Source: a virus
Reading direction: 5' to 3' (one strand)
DNA: 64,000 bases
Virus record (IMG/VR): IMGVR_UViG_3300014502_000001
Location: 28,772 to 92,771 of that record
This document shows positions 33,499 to 45,100 of the stretch, piece after piece. A program made the translations under genes and the position numbers. The notes beneath the pieces are model-generated. The model was not told the origin of the DNA. It ran no database searches and saw only the letters and a program-made list of their open reading frames with translations. Position 1 is the first letter of the stretch, and each line of letters starts with the position of its first letter.

Positions 33499-34044
33499 TT
33501 ACTTTCCTTTGGCCTCAAAGCTTATAACTTCGGGCTGCTTGTTTGCTTGAGCTCGTGTCTTATATACACTAACACCAAGGCCGGCAATGCTAATTATTAT
33601 TGCGATTATCATGGACGTTTGTGATGCTTTTCCTGTGGCTACATCGCGGATCTTATTCAGCTCATCCAGATTTGTCTGAATCTTATTCATAATAAGGGTC
33701 AGCTCAGCTCTGGTAACAAAAGTTGCGCTCTGGTCTTTAAGTGTAGCACGAAATTCATTCATGCCAGTCAAGCGTTCGTTCATCGTGGCCTCGGCTTTAT
33801 CAATAGCCCGCTGAGTCTCGGTGAACCGAAGATCGATGTACTCTCGCAGAGTAGGATTCTGCGTCATAGGAGCATTAAGCTCTGCGGCAAGGATCTGTGT
33901 CGACTCGGAGCTCCAGGAAATTGGGTATTTTTCACTCCCAAAATAGGATCCTCCGAAAAGTGCAGAAGCTGTATGAAACAACACAGATCCAAGAATAACC
34001 GAGAGCAGACCGGCCATAAAAGCTTTTATATTGTTAGACCTCAT
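33499..34044 (-). CDS. Membrane protein with coiled coil (holin/lysis-accessory-like)
   Basis: N- and C-terminal hydrophobic helices around RL..MNEFR..L.DQ...FVTR.E. Confidence 0.65.
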   Translation of the reverse strand: MRSNNIKAFMAGLLSVILGSVLFHTASALFGGSYFGSEKYPISWSSESTQILAAELNAPMTQNPTLREYIDLRFTETQRAIDKAEATMNERLTGMNEFRATLKDQSATFVTRAELTLIMNKIQTNLDELNKIRDVATGKASQTSMIIAIIISIAGLGVSVYKTRAQANKQPEVISFEAKGK

Positions 34045-34051
34045 TTGCTCC

Positions 34052-34921
34052 TCACCACTCTACCGACATAAGATTGAATTTCAGACTTTTCGGCTCATCA
34101 ACCATTATCCAGATGCAAGGCCAAAGACCTATGAATGGAATATCCGCAGAAACCGTTGCCACGACAGCCCCATTAATTTTGTAGACGACCGTGGTCGCGG
34201 TGGCGACAATCTCGAATTCATAGACAGTGTTTGGAAGAATGGTGATATTTGAATCTACTTCATTGTGTCCAGCTCCAGCTCTGGAACACGAGAAGAAATG
34301 ACCACCATCATGTGACACGAAACAGAGAGCGTCGCTGTCGGGATAATCAGCGTCGTTTGCACCGGAAGTTCTCATTCCTAGCATGAAGCGCCAGTTGCTC
34401 ACAGAGGCTTGAGTTTTCACTCTGCAAAAGAAAGAAAAGTTAAAGGAAGCTCTGACATGCTCCTGTGCCATATAAAGCGCTCCAGCTGGAGTGAAATCAG
34501 ACCACAGCTCCCACAAAAAATCTGCATCCGGCGAGGATGTTTTTGATCCTGTTCCATGGATTGATGGTGCCAGGCAACCGTAGTAGTACATGGATCCCGG
34601 CTGGCTAGGACTAGGCATGACCACCAGTTTTCTTCTAGGAATAACTACAGCTGTGACTGGAGCAGAATATGGAGCTCTATTTTCCCAGCGTGCAAGAATA
34701 GCATTCCAGGTCAGGACGTTTGCTTCTGCTGGGGTGGGCACTTCCACGTCGGTCAGATCGTCAAGCTTTTGAGCACCGCCGCCGCTGGCTGGAACAGGAA
34801 CGTGATCATCAACCTGGATTGTGGAAGTCTCGCCAGGAGCAAGCGTATGGGCTCTTCCAAGGTAATCGTAATACACCTGCATGATCAAACTGTGGTTGGT
34901 CACCGTCTGTGTGATAATCAT
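34052..34921 (-). CDS. Putative virion appendage protein with lectin/beta-sandwich-like C-terminus
   Basis: LDDLTDV..VLTWN...WEN fibre-type motif; beta-rich C-terminus. Confidence 0.6.
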   Translation of the reverse strand: MIITQTVTNHSLIMQVYYDYLGRAHTLAPGETSTIQVDDHVPVPASGGGAQKLDDLTDVEVPTPAEANVLTWNAILARWENRAPYSAPVTAVVIPRRKLVVMPSPSQPGSMYYYGCLAPSIHGTGSKTSSPDADFLWELWSDFTPAGALYMAQEHVRASFNFSFFCRVKTQASVSNWRFMLGMRTSGANDADYPDSDALCFVSHDGGHFFSCSRAGAGHNEVDSNITILPNTVYEFEIVATATTVVYKINGAVVATVSADIPFIGLWPCIWIMVDEPKSLKFNLMSVEW

Positions 34922-34930
34922 ATTTTTCTC

Positions 34931-35680
34931 CTATGCTCTGATTCCTCTCGGACGAATTGCCTTGAACCATTCCACATCACAGGATATGGCATGATAGGCT
35001 CCACCATCACTCCAATTTTTCAGACAGAAGCCTGCCCACCACGGCTGACTGCCGGCATAAATGTTTGTCCACGTGATAGGATTGCCGCCGTTCATCAACT
35101 GAGACCAGGACACTCCATCTGTCGATATCCAGAATGTAAATTGGTTCTTTACAATTCCTCCGATCATTCTGATCTTCAGATATATGGTTGTAGATGAGCT
35201 AGCAAATGTGCCGGGCAGGCCTGATGTACCAGGATTTTCAGCATAAGTCAGAAAAGTTGACGACCCGTCGCCATAGTAGAAAAGAAACATCGAACGATCA
35301 CCACTATCAGAGGAGAAGGGCTCTTGGCTGGCAAATAAAACGCAGCCCGTATTTTTACTCATTACGATATTTGAAAGCTTGCAAATATACTCAACCGGAG
35401 TAGCAAAGCTGCCTGTATAAAATCCAAGATGCCGTCCATTTTGCGAGTCAGAAAGAGTGCCTTCGGTAACAGCCATAGAGACTTTACTTGAAGCTATACT
35501 GATCGTCTTACCCGCGCCCGCTCCAAATGCTCGCCACATCCAATCAAAGGAAGTGCCAATGAATTCATCATAGAAGGCGATGTCGTCCTCAGTTACAGCT
35601 CCGCCGCCGCCGCCACCACCAGCAACTCCTCCGAAGACCTGAGTCCAAACACCGCCGACTTTCGTCCACACACCACTCAT
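34931..35680 (-). CDS. Putative receptor-binding / concanavalin-like protein
   Basis: WTKVGGVW N-terminus, Gly linker, YLKIR....FTFWISTDGVSW. Confidence 0.6.
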   Translation of the reverse strand: MSGVWTKVGGVWTQVFGGVAGGGGGGGAVTEDDIAFYDEFIGTSFDWMWRAFGAGAGKTISIASSKVSMAVTEGTLSDSQNGRHLGFYTGSFATPVEYICKLSNIVMSKNTGCVLFASQEPFSSDSGDRSMFLFYYGDGSSTFLTYAENPGTSGLPGTFASSSTTIYLKIRMIGGIVKNQFTFWISTDGVSWSQLMNGGNPITWTNIYAGSQPWWAGFCLKNWSDGGAYHAISCDVEWFKAIRPRGIRA

Positions 35681-35691
35681 TATCAGATTCC

Positions 35692-36423
35692 TTATGGATT
35701 ATAATGCCGCGTTGCTAACCAAGAGACTGTTATGCCACCCATAGGCATTCCACTGTTTGATCTGGTTTGAATATCGAACCCAGAAGCAGTCAGATTAAAC
35801 TTGAATGCCAAAGGTATCATAAATTCTGTTTGTGAGGCCACAACAGTTCCTATTGGCTCAATGCCATTATCAGAAGTCGTCCATGTTTCATCTTCTGGGT
35901 CATCGCTGGTGTTGATATAATAGGAAGCCTGGATCGGAGGCGGAGGAAGATGCGGAGGGTGCGCTTCTCTCTGAATTCTTTGCAGAAGCTCCCATACACT
36001 TCTGTTATAAAGAAGAAGAACGGTTGGATCATTATCATTCATATATCGCCGTTTGTCATTCTCTATTGAAACACCATCCCAGTGATAGACTCCGTTGACA
36101 AGATTTGAGCCGAATCCAGTGATCACAAAAGGTGAAACTGGATTTTCAACGCAGGACAAAGCAACTGAATACAAATCATCAACAAAAGGCGTAACAAAAT
36201 CTACATGATAAGTTCCGTCTTCTTCGGTTGTAATGCGTCCTGATTTAGTGGCAGCGATGAATGATAATCCAACATCCATGCTTTCCCATTCACCATACCG
36301 CCGTACCCATTGAAGACCTGTATCAAGCTCTTTCAAAAAATGTCCATCTCTAGCGCCCTGAGCATAGGTCGGTTTTCCCTCTGCTGAAGTGCTTTCCCAC
36401 ACAATATTGCTGCGTAGAATCAT
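35692..36423 (-). CDS. Tail-fibre-associated protein (H-type-lectin-like ends)
   Basis: V.F.TPF....YSV and T.SGF.I.......VSWLA motifs. Confidence 0.55.
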   Translation of the reverse strand: MILRSNIVWESTSAEGKPTYAQGARDGHFLKELDTGLQWVRRYGEWESMDVGLSFIAATKSGRITTEEDGTYHVDFVTPFVDDLYSVALSCVENPVSPFVITGFGSNLVNGVYHWDGVSIENDKRRYMNDNDPTVLLLYNRSVWELLQRIQREAHPPHLPPPPIQASYYINTSDDPEDETWTTSDNGIEPIGTVVASQTEFMIPLAFKFNLTASGFDIQTRSNSGMPMGGITVSWLATRHYNP

Positions 36424-36430
36424 GGCTTAC

Positions 36431-38587
36431 TCACACACAGATATTGCATCCAACCAGAGCTGCTCTAAGCTGATTACACAGAGCAATGACTGTTGCTGGA
36501 TCAGTACAATCTGCATTTACAGAATATGGAACCGAAGCGTCATATTGAATATGAATGTCGCCATCATTGCCGCCCGAAGGAGCTGCCGCCGAAATTGTGA
36601 TCTTAGGCCCAAACTCTATGCCGTTATAAGCCGCATTAACGCGGACAATCTTCAAAGCGTCTCCAGCCACATATGCCGAAGGAGCGTCAGACAAATCGAT
36701 GAATGCCGAAGCGCCGCCGCTGCTACCAGAAACAAATTCCAGCCCGTTATGAGCTGCATTCACTTTGACAAACTTTCCTCCGTCTCCCGCTCCATAAGTC
36801 GCAGGAACATCAGAGAGTCCAATGAATGAGCCGCCACCACCTGGAGCAACCCAAGAGCGCACACCAGCTATGGATGAGGAAAGAACATATCCCTCTCCAA
36901 TGGGATTGCCAAGTACAGGCTCATATACGCCCGCGTGTGTATGAGTCGCCGCTGAAAAGGCTGCGGCATGATTGCCGTCCAGCATATCTGCATTCAGATT
37001 TGGACACATTGTTGTGGAGACAGGTTGGAACGGCGCTGTGCCAATAGCGACCTCAGATATGACTGAGCCCACGACTTCCAGATTTAAGTGCTGAGAAGTT
37101 AGGCGCATTCCTTCCGTCACCACACCTAGCTTATTCACCCACCATCGGAGCACACCTGCCTCTGTGCTGGCGGAGCCCAAAGGATTCAAGTGGCGGCGGT
37201 CAACTCCAACTCCATACGGAGCGTTATAAGCCACGTAGAGCCAAACACCATCTGTAACCGTATTGACTGAATTATGAGGCAGAGCAACCGTGCTGTAGTA
37301 CCTGGTGCAGGTGGATGGATTTATCTTCACTGCCACATTCTGGTAGCCGCCGTAAATTCTTTCTTCGCTACCAGATTTCAAATATGTGGGCCTCTCTCCA
37401 AACAAAGATTCTTCTTGAGGCACATTTCCACTATCCGTCACAATAGAAAGATCGGAAAGAAGCATTTTTAGAAGATGAAACTCAAGTACGACATCCGTAG
37501 TGGCTGCGCCAGACCAAACGTAAGTCCCTGTGTCATCAATAGCAAAGCTGGAAAGCTCAAACTTATGTCCTGGCGAGTATTCCGGCCAGTCCACTGAAGA
37601 GCCAGTTCCCGTCATGGTGGTGGCATCAACAACAAACATCTTTTTCAGTCCAGAATCCCCCATATAAAGCAGGCCCGCATGATATCTGAGACCATAGGGA
37701 TACATAACTGTAGGCCATGCGGGAGACCAGGCGGAAACGTAAGAATAATCCGACAGAAGATATTTCTTTATGATCGCGCCTGTGCCGGTTATAAAGCCAG
37801 CAACATAAAAATATGTCCCATCTGAAGTTATGCCTTTCTCCCAATGAAGACCATGAGCGGCTGTCATCCCATCGAGCGATCCGTCCGACGCCTTGAATCC
37901 CTTTATCTTTCCATCACTGAGATCGTTATAAAGCAGGATACCATTTACATGACAAGCACCGATGTCGGGCTGAAAACCAGACGGATTTATGAAACTAGCT
38001 GTGTCTAAATCCCACTCCGTCCCACGCACGGTCGGAACATCCGGCGTACCACCCGCCTCCGCGCCTGTGCCTTCGCCCGTCATCCAGCCTGCCACGAGAG
38101 GAAGCACGTTTGTCGGGGAATCGAAATATGCTTTTAATTCCAGCTTCGTCTTAGCCTCAGAGATTTCAGGCCCAAGCGTCATGCCCTGGAATAGCGGCTT
38201 GGCCTCGATGTGAATGTCCTGAGGCAAAGCCAAAGTGACTTGTCCTACAGCATGAGCCACAGAAACTTGATGCTCTGTACCCAGGAGCTGCTTATATTCC
38301 CAGGCGTCCGCGCCCGCGTTGACACCTAGCAAATAGTCCGCCGTACCAATGGACGAAAGACCAGCTAATGATAATGTCAGATCAGCAGTGAGATCTCCAC
38401 CGCCCGCTAACGGCGCAGTCGCATTGATCAAGCGTTCTGGTGGCACCGAGGGAGGAACGACAACCGACCCGCCGCCGCCGCTGCCACTCGCGCCCCATTT
38501 TTTAAGCTCAAGCGCAGTGATACGAGCATTCAAGTTTTTGGCAAATATGCCCTGCGCTTGTTTCGTCCAGTAGCCTTCACCAGCCAT
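36431..38587 (-). CDS. Tail fibre protein
   Basis: PLAGGGDLTADLTL, beta-propeller-like middle, NLNADMLDGNHA, duplicated F.LSD.P..Y....K.V.VNAA.NG.EF. Confidence 0.8.
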   Translation of the reverse strand: MAGEGYWTKQAQGIFAKNLNARITALELKKWGASGSGGGGSVVVPPSVPPERLINATAPLAGGGDLTADLTLSLAGLSSIGTADYLLGVNAGADAWEYKQLLGTEHQVSVAHAVGQVTLALPQDIHIEAKPLFQGMTLGPEISEAKTKLELKAYFDSPTNVLPLVAGWMTGEGTGAEAGGTPDVPTVRGTEWDLDTASFINPSGFQPDIGACHVNGILLYNDLSDGKIKGFKASDGSLDGMTAAHGLHWEKGITSDGTYFYVAGFITGTGAIIKKYLLSDYSYVSAWSPAWPTVMYPYGLRYHAGLLYMGDSGLKKMFVVDATTMTGTGSSVDWPEYSPGHKFELSSFAIDDTGTYVWSGAATTDVVLEFHLLKMLLSDLSIVTDSGNVPQEESLFGERPTYLKSGSEERIYGGYQNVAVKINPSTCTRYYSTVALPHNSVNTVTDGVWLYVAYNAPYGVGVDRRHLNPLGSASTEAGVLRWWVNKLGVVTEGMRLTSQHLNLEVVGSVISEVAIGTAPFQPVSTTMCPNLNADMLDGNHAAAFSAATHTHAGVYEPVLGNPIGEGYVLSSSIAGVRSWVAPGGGGSFIGLSDVPATYGAGDGGKFVKVNAAHNGLEFVSGSSGGASAFIDLSDAPSAYVAGDALKIVRVNAAYNGIEFGPKITISAAAPSGGNDGDIHIQYDASVPYSVNADCTDPATVIALCNQLRAALVGCNICV

Positions 38588-38592
38588 GAAAT

Positions 38593-39051
38593 TTATTCCC
38601 CTTGTTCAGGCTCAATATACATCAGCGCCTGTCCAACGATAAGCGCTGTGAATATCCTTTTGTTATACGCCCTGGCCAGCAGCTCTCTGAGCAGAACGAT
38701 ATCTGCAGACTTAGGCTCAAAGGGCTCAGCTGCGCCATATATTTTATCTGCCAGCCAGCGCCGATGTGTCAGTGTGGTGGCATCCAGCTCTTTTTCATCG
38801 TCTGCTCTTTTGCCAATCAGCAACGATATCAAGCAAACCTTTAGTGTGAAAACATTACCCTGTTTTGTCAGGATCTCTGAGAACTTTATATCGTGATCGT
38901 CCAGAATTTTGCAGCAGCCACTTGTACTTGGGGCTGCACCTTCATGCTTGATCAAGGAATGAGCAAATCCTTGCAAGGCCGCTTCATATCCTTGTTCTCT
39001 GATAGGCTCTCCGTCCATCGTTCTTAATGGCTGAGAAAAATCAATCTTCAC
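38593..39051 (-). CDS. Hypothetical tail-region protein
   Basis: MKIDFSQPL..DG.P; GAGGA RBS. Confidence 0.6.
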   Translation of the reverse strand: MKIDFSQPLRTMDGEPIREQGYEAALQGFAHSLIKHEGAAPSTSGCCKILDDHDIKFSEILTKQGNVFTLKVCLISLLIGKRADDEKELDATTLTHRRWLADKIYGAAEPFEPKSADIVLLRELLARAYNKRIFTALIVGQALMYIEPEQGE

Positions 39052-39060
39052 ACTGTCCTC

Positions 39061-40686
39061 CTAATATGTTTGGGTGTTAATAATGGCAGTAATCGTCACT
39101 GTGGTTGCTGGTATATTTTTATTGACCTCAAGCACTCTGAATGGAACAGCGTTCATATATCCGCCAGTCCAGTCAGCCCGCTTGCGGCTTAGCAATATGA
39201 CGTCCCAGGGAAACACATCAAAGCCTGATCCACACGACACTTCAAAAGTAGCTAGCCGCGCTGGATATTCCAGGATAGCGCCGTACCTGACAGACAACGC
39301 GTCGGCACTTTCCTTTAGCTGAAGAACAGTCTCCATGGACAACGTCTCACGGTTGCCATATAGTGCCATTGCTATTTCAGAGACGGTTTCTGCAGTTTTC
39401 CATATTTGAGTCTCTGGATCAGGATCATACTGAATGATGATATGCTGATAAATGGCATCACATTTGCGCGTCATCGTGAATGACAAGAAATCCTCATCTC
39501 TGTAATGAGGCGCATCAGCAGGAACAACTGCTGACCCAAATTTGACTGTATATTTCCTGGCATAAGTCGGGACAAATTTGAACATCTGACTGCGTTCCAT
39601 GACTTCAAGGAACTGTCCAAATGTAATTTCCTTGTCCTGATATATGCAAAGATCATCAGTCTTTGCAGCCTTTAGCGCCGCAAAGCCAGCAGCATCCAGG
39701 TCATCAATAGAGCCGGAGCACAACGCGCCGCCTATTGAATTTATATAAGCATCAGATATAATGTCTGCTACATTTTTTATCGAGTCCGCGCCCGTACCTG
39801 GTACGCCGTCCGCATCAACAAGAATTTTAGTCGGCGCTCCCGACACCAGCCACGAGTGCTGACCATCTATGCCCCAAGCAAGTCCACCCACTCCAACAGA
39901 TTGTGAATTTGTTCCCACTTTTACTTTTGGAGTGCCATCTGTCCAAATAGACAACCAGCTATTTCCAGATGGATCGCCCTGACGATTGTAGAACATCTGA
40001 ACACGAGTTATGTGCCAAGGACCACCTACTGGAGTCACGAATGGAACAGCTACCGCAGCCAGATCGTGGGTTGAACGTAGTTGAATGCCCTCCCTGGGTC
40101 CTGGGTATTGAGAAACTACAATGATCTCGTCCGCGCTCGCAGGATCTATCTTCCCCCAAATAACATAAAACAAAGTCCGATATCCACCGCCGCTGCCCTG
40201 ACTACCAAGAGCCCATTCTTCTGGGTCAGCATCAGATATTTTATAGAACGGGAAAAGAGAACCTGTGGGCTCTTTCTCTGTGGCCACAATAAGCTGTCCC
40301 CAGCTACCAATAGGATAGTCAGCGTCCAAACGAAGCCAGTATTTGGTGCTCGGCTGCAGAACGGGCGAGCCGTGAAAGGTAAAACCGACAAACACGCCGT
40401 CTTCAATCCACGGCAAATAATCGACCGTTGGCACAAGAGCATCAGCGTCGGTGCCTTCTCCAACGGGAGATATCCTGATTTGATTTATTGCATTCAGCGG
40501 ACGACGGCTAAGCTTATATTTCAGATCAACCGTATCCACCAGCGCTGGGACAATATTTTTCTTCAGACCCCAGAGTTCTGGAATAGGTGTGCCTTCTAGT
40601 CCGTCAGCCAGATTTGGATAGAAAGGCATATCGTCGCCCTGGTCTTCCTTCCAGAATTTGAAATTAGGAATTTTCTCGTTTAGCAT
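39061..40686 (-). CDS. Tail tip / baseplate hub protein
   Basis: Position after the distal tail genes; G.PIP..WG motif; start at ATG 40686 (TGATG overlap). Confidence 0.65.
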   Translation of the reverse strand: MLNEKIPNFKFWKEDQGDDMPFYPNLADGLEGTPIPELWGLKKNIVPALVDTVDLKYKLSRRPLNAINQIRISPVGEGTDADALVPTVDYLPWIEDGVFVGFTFHGSPVLQPSTKYWLRLDADYPIGSWGQLIVATEKEPTGSLFPFYKISDADPEEWALGSQGSGGGYRTLFYVIWGKIDPASADEIIVVSQYPGPREGIQLRSTHDLAAVAVPFVTPVGGPWHITRVQMFYNRQGDPSGNSWLSIWTDGTPKVKVGTNSQSVGVGGLAWGIDGQHSWLVSGAPTKILVDADGVPGTGADSIKNVADIISDAYINSIGGALCSGSIDDLDAAGFAALKAAKTDDLCIYQDKEITFGQFLEVMERSQMFKFVPTYARKYTVKFGSAVVPADAPHYRDEDFLSFTMTRKCDAIYQHIIIQYDPDPETQIWKTAETVSEIAMALYGNRETLSMETVLQLKESADALSVRYGAILEYPARLATFEVSCGSGFDVFPWDVILLSRKRADWTGGYMNAVPFRVLEVNKNIPATTVTITAIINTQTY

Positions 40687-41357
40687 CAGAGCATTGTCCT
40701 GCGAATGTCTGTGGTGCCAACAGTGATAGCGTCCTCTGCCCAGTCTATATTTCCACTCCAGCCCTCCCAATAAACACGAAATGTATCATACGGCTTGGGT
40801 ACGACAACATCATTTTCCATATGATCTATTTCACCCTGCAACAGCCGCATATATTTACCTTCATAGATATAGGCAGAAAGCCGCGCATCAAAATATCCAT
40901 CTCCATTCAGCAGCTTTACCGCACCGAAGCTCTGTTTCATTCCACCTTCGTGATATGGCGAGCAGCCCGTTGTGACCTGCTGTATTGAATCAGCGCTGAG
41001 GATGGGTAGATAATCGTGTCCGTTGAAAGTGATGGGACTGTGCGATGCAAAGTATTCCCAATTATGGGAGAGATAGATATGATTGGCAGGTGTATCGTCG
41101 GCGGATGTGTGGACATAAAGCACGCCCGTATCCCACCACCACGTGCCCGTTGTAGCTTGACACTCAGCCAAGGAGTTTTTCTTTGCAGTGCGCTGACCTG
41201 TTTCTCTGAGTCTTGAAGGCGCGGCAGCAGTGGGCAGACCCCAGCAATTAGCATAAGGACTGGACTGCTGTGTCCAGACTAGCTCATCTATGCGCAAGCC
41301 AACTTCCCATTCGAGCAGCCAGCAAGGCTGAATGTCTGGAGACGGGACGATTGTCAT
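40686..41357 (-). CDS. Minor tail protein
   Basis: Position downstream of the tape measure; L.NGDGYFD. Confidence 0.6.
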   Translation of the reverse strand: MTIVPSPDIQPCWLLEWEVGLRIDELVWTQQSSPYANCWGLPTAAAPSRLRETGQRTAKKNSLAECQATTGTWWWDTGVLYVHTSADDTPANHIYLSHNWEYFASHSPITFNGHDYLPILSADSIQQVTTGCSPYHEGGMKQSFGAVKLLNGDGYFDARLSAYIYEGKYMRLLQGEIDHMENDVVVPKPYDTFRVYWEGWSGNIDWAEDAITVGTTDIRRTML

Positions 41358-42148
41358 TATTGAGACTCTTTCACTTCAACATCCAGAGAATAAATCGTGT
41401 CCATGCCTGTGATGTCTGGGAACGTCCAGTCCTTGACGTTCTCATAATAGCCGCTTGTAATAAGAGGCTGGTCGGCATCCCTACATATCCAATATGGTGT
41501 ATTCTGGCCAGCATAGTCCTCATACATTGCCTGGAATGTAATCATATCTGCAGCGGTCACTGCACCGAATGTAAAGCGCCAGCCGCGATAAATACCTTTT
41601 TTGGTCACCGACAGCTGACCACCCATAGAATATTTTTTAGGGCTGGCATCAACAAGAGTAACAGAGTTGCCTGTGAAGAAATTATAAAAGGGCTGAAAAT
41701 ATGCACCACCAAAAGGCCTGCCCAGCTCCAGATATGACGAGGACTGAGGCGCGGCCTGTACCCACAGGAACCACCAGCGATAATTCTGAGCCGCCTCCCA
41801 TATTTTTACCAGCCTCTTCAGATTCCAATCTGTGCCATAAACCAAAGGCACTTTAAGGCTAGCTCCCGAATGCCAAGCGGAGGGACTCGTGCCAAGATCA
41901 GATGCGTGAGCATATAAAGCCACTGTAGCAGCCGCAGGGAAATTGTGGTATTCAAACATAGTGGCCCAGATATCCCGAGCAGATCCAAGATCCCACTTCC
42001 ACCACTCTGAGGCATTGCCAGTGGTACGCGCCGCCCGCGTGCGCCATGGATGCTTAAGATTTGTCAGTGGAAATTCAGCATCCACAGAAGAGGCCGTCAC
42101 CGTGGCGGCATCAAAAAGATTATCATACATGAACCTTATATTCTTCAT
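41357..42148 (-). CDS. Distal-tail-like protein with discoidin-like insert
   Basis: Directly follows the tape measure (ATGA overlap); TASS..FP..NL, W.WDLGSA, YRWW, ELGR. Confidence 0.65.
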   Translation of the reverse strand: MKNIRFMYDNLFDAATVTASSVDAEFPLTNLKHPWRTRAARTTGNASEWWKWDLGSARDIWATMFEYHNFPAAATVALYAHASDLGTSPSAWHSGASLKVPLVYGTDWNLKRLVKIWEAAQNYRWWFLWVQAAPQSSSYLELGRPFGGAYFQPFYNFFTGNSVTLVDASPKKYSMGGQLSVTKKGIYRGWRFTFGAVTAADMITFQAMYEDYAGQNTPYWICRDADQPLITSGYYENVKDWTFPDITGMDTIYSLDVEVKESQ

Positions 42149-45100
42149 GATCCCTCTACACTGGTGGCTGGTATTTTCCAATTGCCAGAGCCGTACTGTG
42201 TTCTGATAAAGCTGATAATTCTCTTGTCGTCTTTCTCAATCACAATAGGCTCTATGGCTATATTTGCGCCAGCCTTTGTGGCTTCAAGCTGCTGTGCCAT
42301 AAGATCTCTCATCTTCTCCTGATCCTGAATTGCCTTGCTTCTATCCACTTCGCTAGCCGCGCTGGCGCTGGTAGTTTGTATCGGCTTGACAACCTCGACT
42401 CCAACACCGACTCTCATTCCGTCGCCGTCGGCCATGGCTTGAGTGAGATCGTGAATTCTTTTCTGCGCACCCGCCGCTTGATCTCCTATGGTTGAAAAGC
42501 CATCAGCAACACGAGTGCTCATGTCGTCACTGGTTTTTGCTATAGCAGCTAAATCGTCACCCAGTTTTACAGAGTGGACATTTGCGGCATCGATCAAAGA
42601 TTTCTGAAGTTTATCAGTTCCCTCCCTGGCTTCTGCCACTTTAGTGGTAAGAGTATCAAATGTCTTTGGTGCCAGCTCTCCTACGCGCTCCAGCGCTCCA
42701 CCGACGCCTGAGCCATAGGTGGCTTTTTGGAGAGCGCCCATATTTCCGACAGCACTCATAGCAGCGTTAGCTAGACCAGATATGACAGATCCACCCTTTG
42801 CTCCCAGTCTATCAAACGCTCCACCAATATTGCCAACAGCCGTTGTCATGAGGCCCAATTTATCCACACTGAGCTGAGTGCCGTTGGCAACTGTGTCCGC
42901 CGCATCAGAGCCGCTTTTGCCCAGCTCATTCATCTTATCCATGGCTGTTTGCATGGCCGCTGGAATTGCTCCACCCAAAGCTTTCACAATAGCGCCGAAG
43001 CCAGCCAGCATCGTGTCGTTGGTGGACAGCTCCTCGTCCTTTAGCAGCCCTTGCTCGCCCGCCTGCTTGATAAGGCTCTGGGTGGCATCATCAATAGCTA
43101 GGCCGTGCTCCTTGGCCAGATATCTTATGCGCTCCAGCGTTGGGGCCATCTGGGCAAGCGCCTGATTGCCAGTCAGACCCGCCGTCGTCAGCTGGTTATA
43201 GAATTCAGAGGCCTGAGTTGTGGAGTCAGTAAATGTTTGCTGCGTTAGCGAACCAGTATTGGCCAGCGCATTCATGACTCCAAGATTGCCGCTGATAGCA
43301 TCAAATAGCTCTTTATTTGCAGAAGTGACATTGCGAATTGCCATCAGCTCATCAATGCCTGAGCCCGCAGTCATTTTCAGCTTTTTATAATTTACATCCA
43401 GCTGATCCAGCGTTGGGCCCAGAGCATCCATAGCCTCTGAATATGAAGCGCCATTTTTGATCATGGCATTAAAGGTAGCCATGGCCTGTCGCTCCAGCCG
43501 TCCCATGGACTCCACGGTTTGGTTGGGAGCCTTTGCCATAGCCAGCAGTCCGTCGGACGCTGACATGCTGCCCTTTTTAACTACGCCCAGCTGGTTGTTG
43601 ATATAGTCGGTGACTTCCTTGACCTTGAGCCCAGAGGCCTGGGTCTTATTGATAAAGTCACTCATGGCCTTAGAGCCTTCTGTGCCTAGCGCCTGCGCGC
43701 CCGCGAGCATGGCTGTAAAGTTGTCGCCCGTGGCCTTGGTAGCAGTGGCGGCATCCATCAGGCCTTGCTTGTATAGATCTATAGCGCCGCCGGATCCCTT
43801 CCACAGATCGTTGACATTTTTCTGGTTAACACCAACATCGGCAATAACCTTGGCAAAGTTTTTAGCCTCTGCCGCCGCTCCAGACATCGTCTTGCGATCC
43901 TCGGCAATTGCCTTAGCGGTGGCATCGCTGATGACACCATATTTGGACATAGCCTGAGTGGCTTCCTTAACCTGGTTGGCCATTTGCTCGGCAGCTTTCT
44001 GCTCAGCTGTTTTGGCTGGCTTAGAGCTGAATAAGCCGCCTATCAGTCCGCCTAGCAAGCTTCCCGCTATGGCACCAACAGGTCCAAATAACGCTCCCAC
44101 AGAGCCGCCTAAAGCCGACCCTGTTCCACTCAGATTATCTTTCTTGCCACTGATGGCACCACCAATCATTCCACCAATAGCGCCCGCAGGTGCCTTGGCA
44201 ACATCAGCTATATCCTGCATTGACAACTTAGCGCCCGCCGCTAGGCCGGCAATCTTTGTACCCAGAGCCTCTATTCCTGTTGCGACAGATACAGTGACAG
44301 CTTTCCAGCCAGCGCTCATGTGATCAGAAGCTGCCATCATAACAGCGCTGATGACAGAGAATGCAGTTGTCCAATCCTTTTTAACTGTCGCTGCTGCGGT
44401 GGTGGACTTGGCTGTTATGGCTGCAAAGTTGAGAGGCGGCAACGGAATGCCCATCATGTTATATATGCCGCGAATGATATCGTACAACTTTTGGAATTGG
44501 GCACAGGCCTGATCTGTCGTGATACCATTTATATTTGACAGCGACTTTAGCATGTCATCAAAGGTCGTTTTCCAAGAAGCCACATCCATCGTCTTGCCCA
44601 GCAGCATAAATGCAACACCAATACGCTGGATGTTCTTGATATCCTCTTCTGGGCTGACGATATTGAATTTGGCTTTCAGGCCAGCTTTCAGCCGTATCAT
44701 CATACCTGTGATGATGTCGGGCAGCATTATCATTGTGGGAACAAAAGCATTCTTTATATTTGCCTCAAGCTCCTGAGCCGCCGCCACTGCAGCTTTCATA
44801 GCGGGTGGCAGATCAATGCCAAACAGTTTCAGCAGCGGCTGCCATTCAGTATTCCAGGCAACGATCTCCTTCGAATTCTGCTGAACAAACTGATTCAGAT
44901 TTATACCTTTTTTAGTCGACTCCTGCATAGCTATGCCAAGGCCAGCTATGGCATTTCTGACATCATCGGCTGTCTTAGGCTTGAATTTATCCGCGATCGC
45001 CATAGCCGCATTCCAGCTCTTAGCGCCTTCAACGGCGTCTCTGAAAGCCTTGGGAATAACAATTCCCATCATCTCAGCCAGCTTTATGGTTTTATCTCCA

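Noticed and set aside
34052-38587. Diversity-generating retroelement acting on the fibre/lectin genes
   Set aside because: No reverse transcriptase and no template/variable repeat pair noticed in the window.
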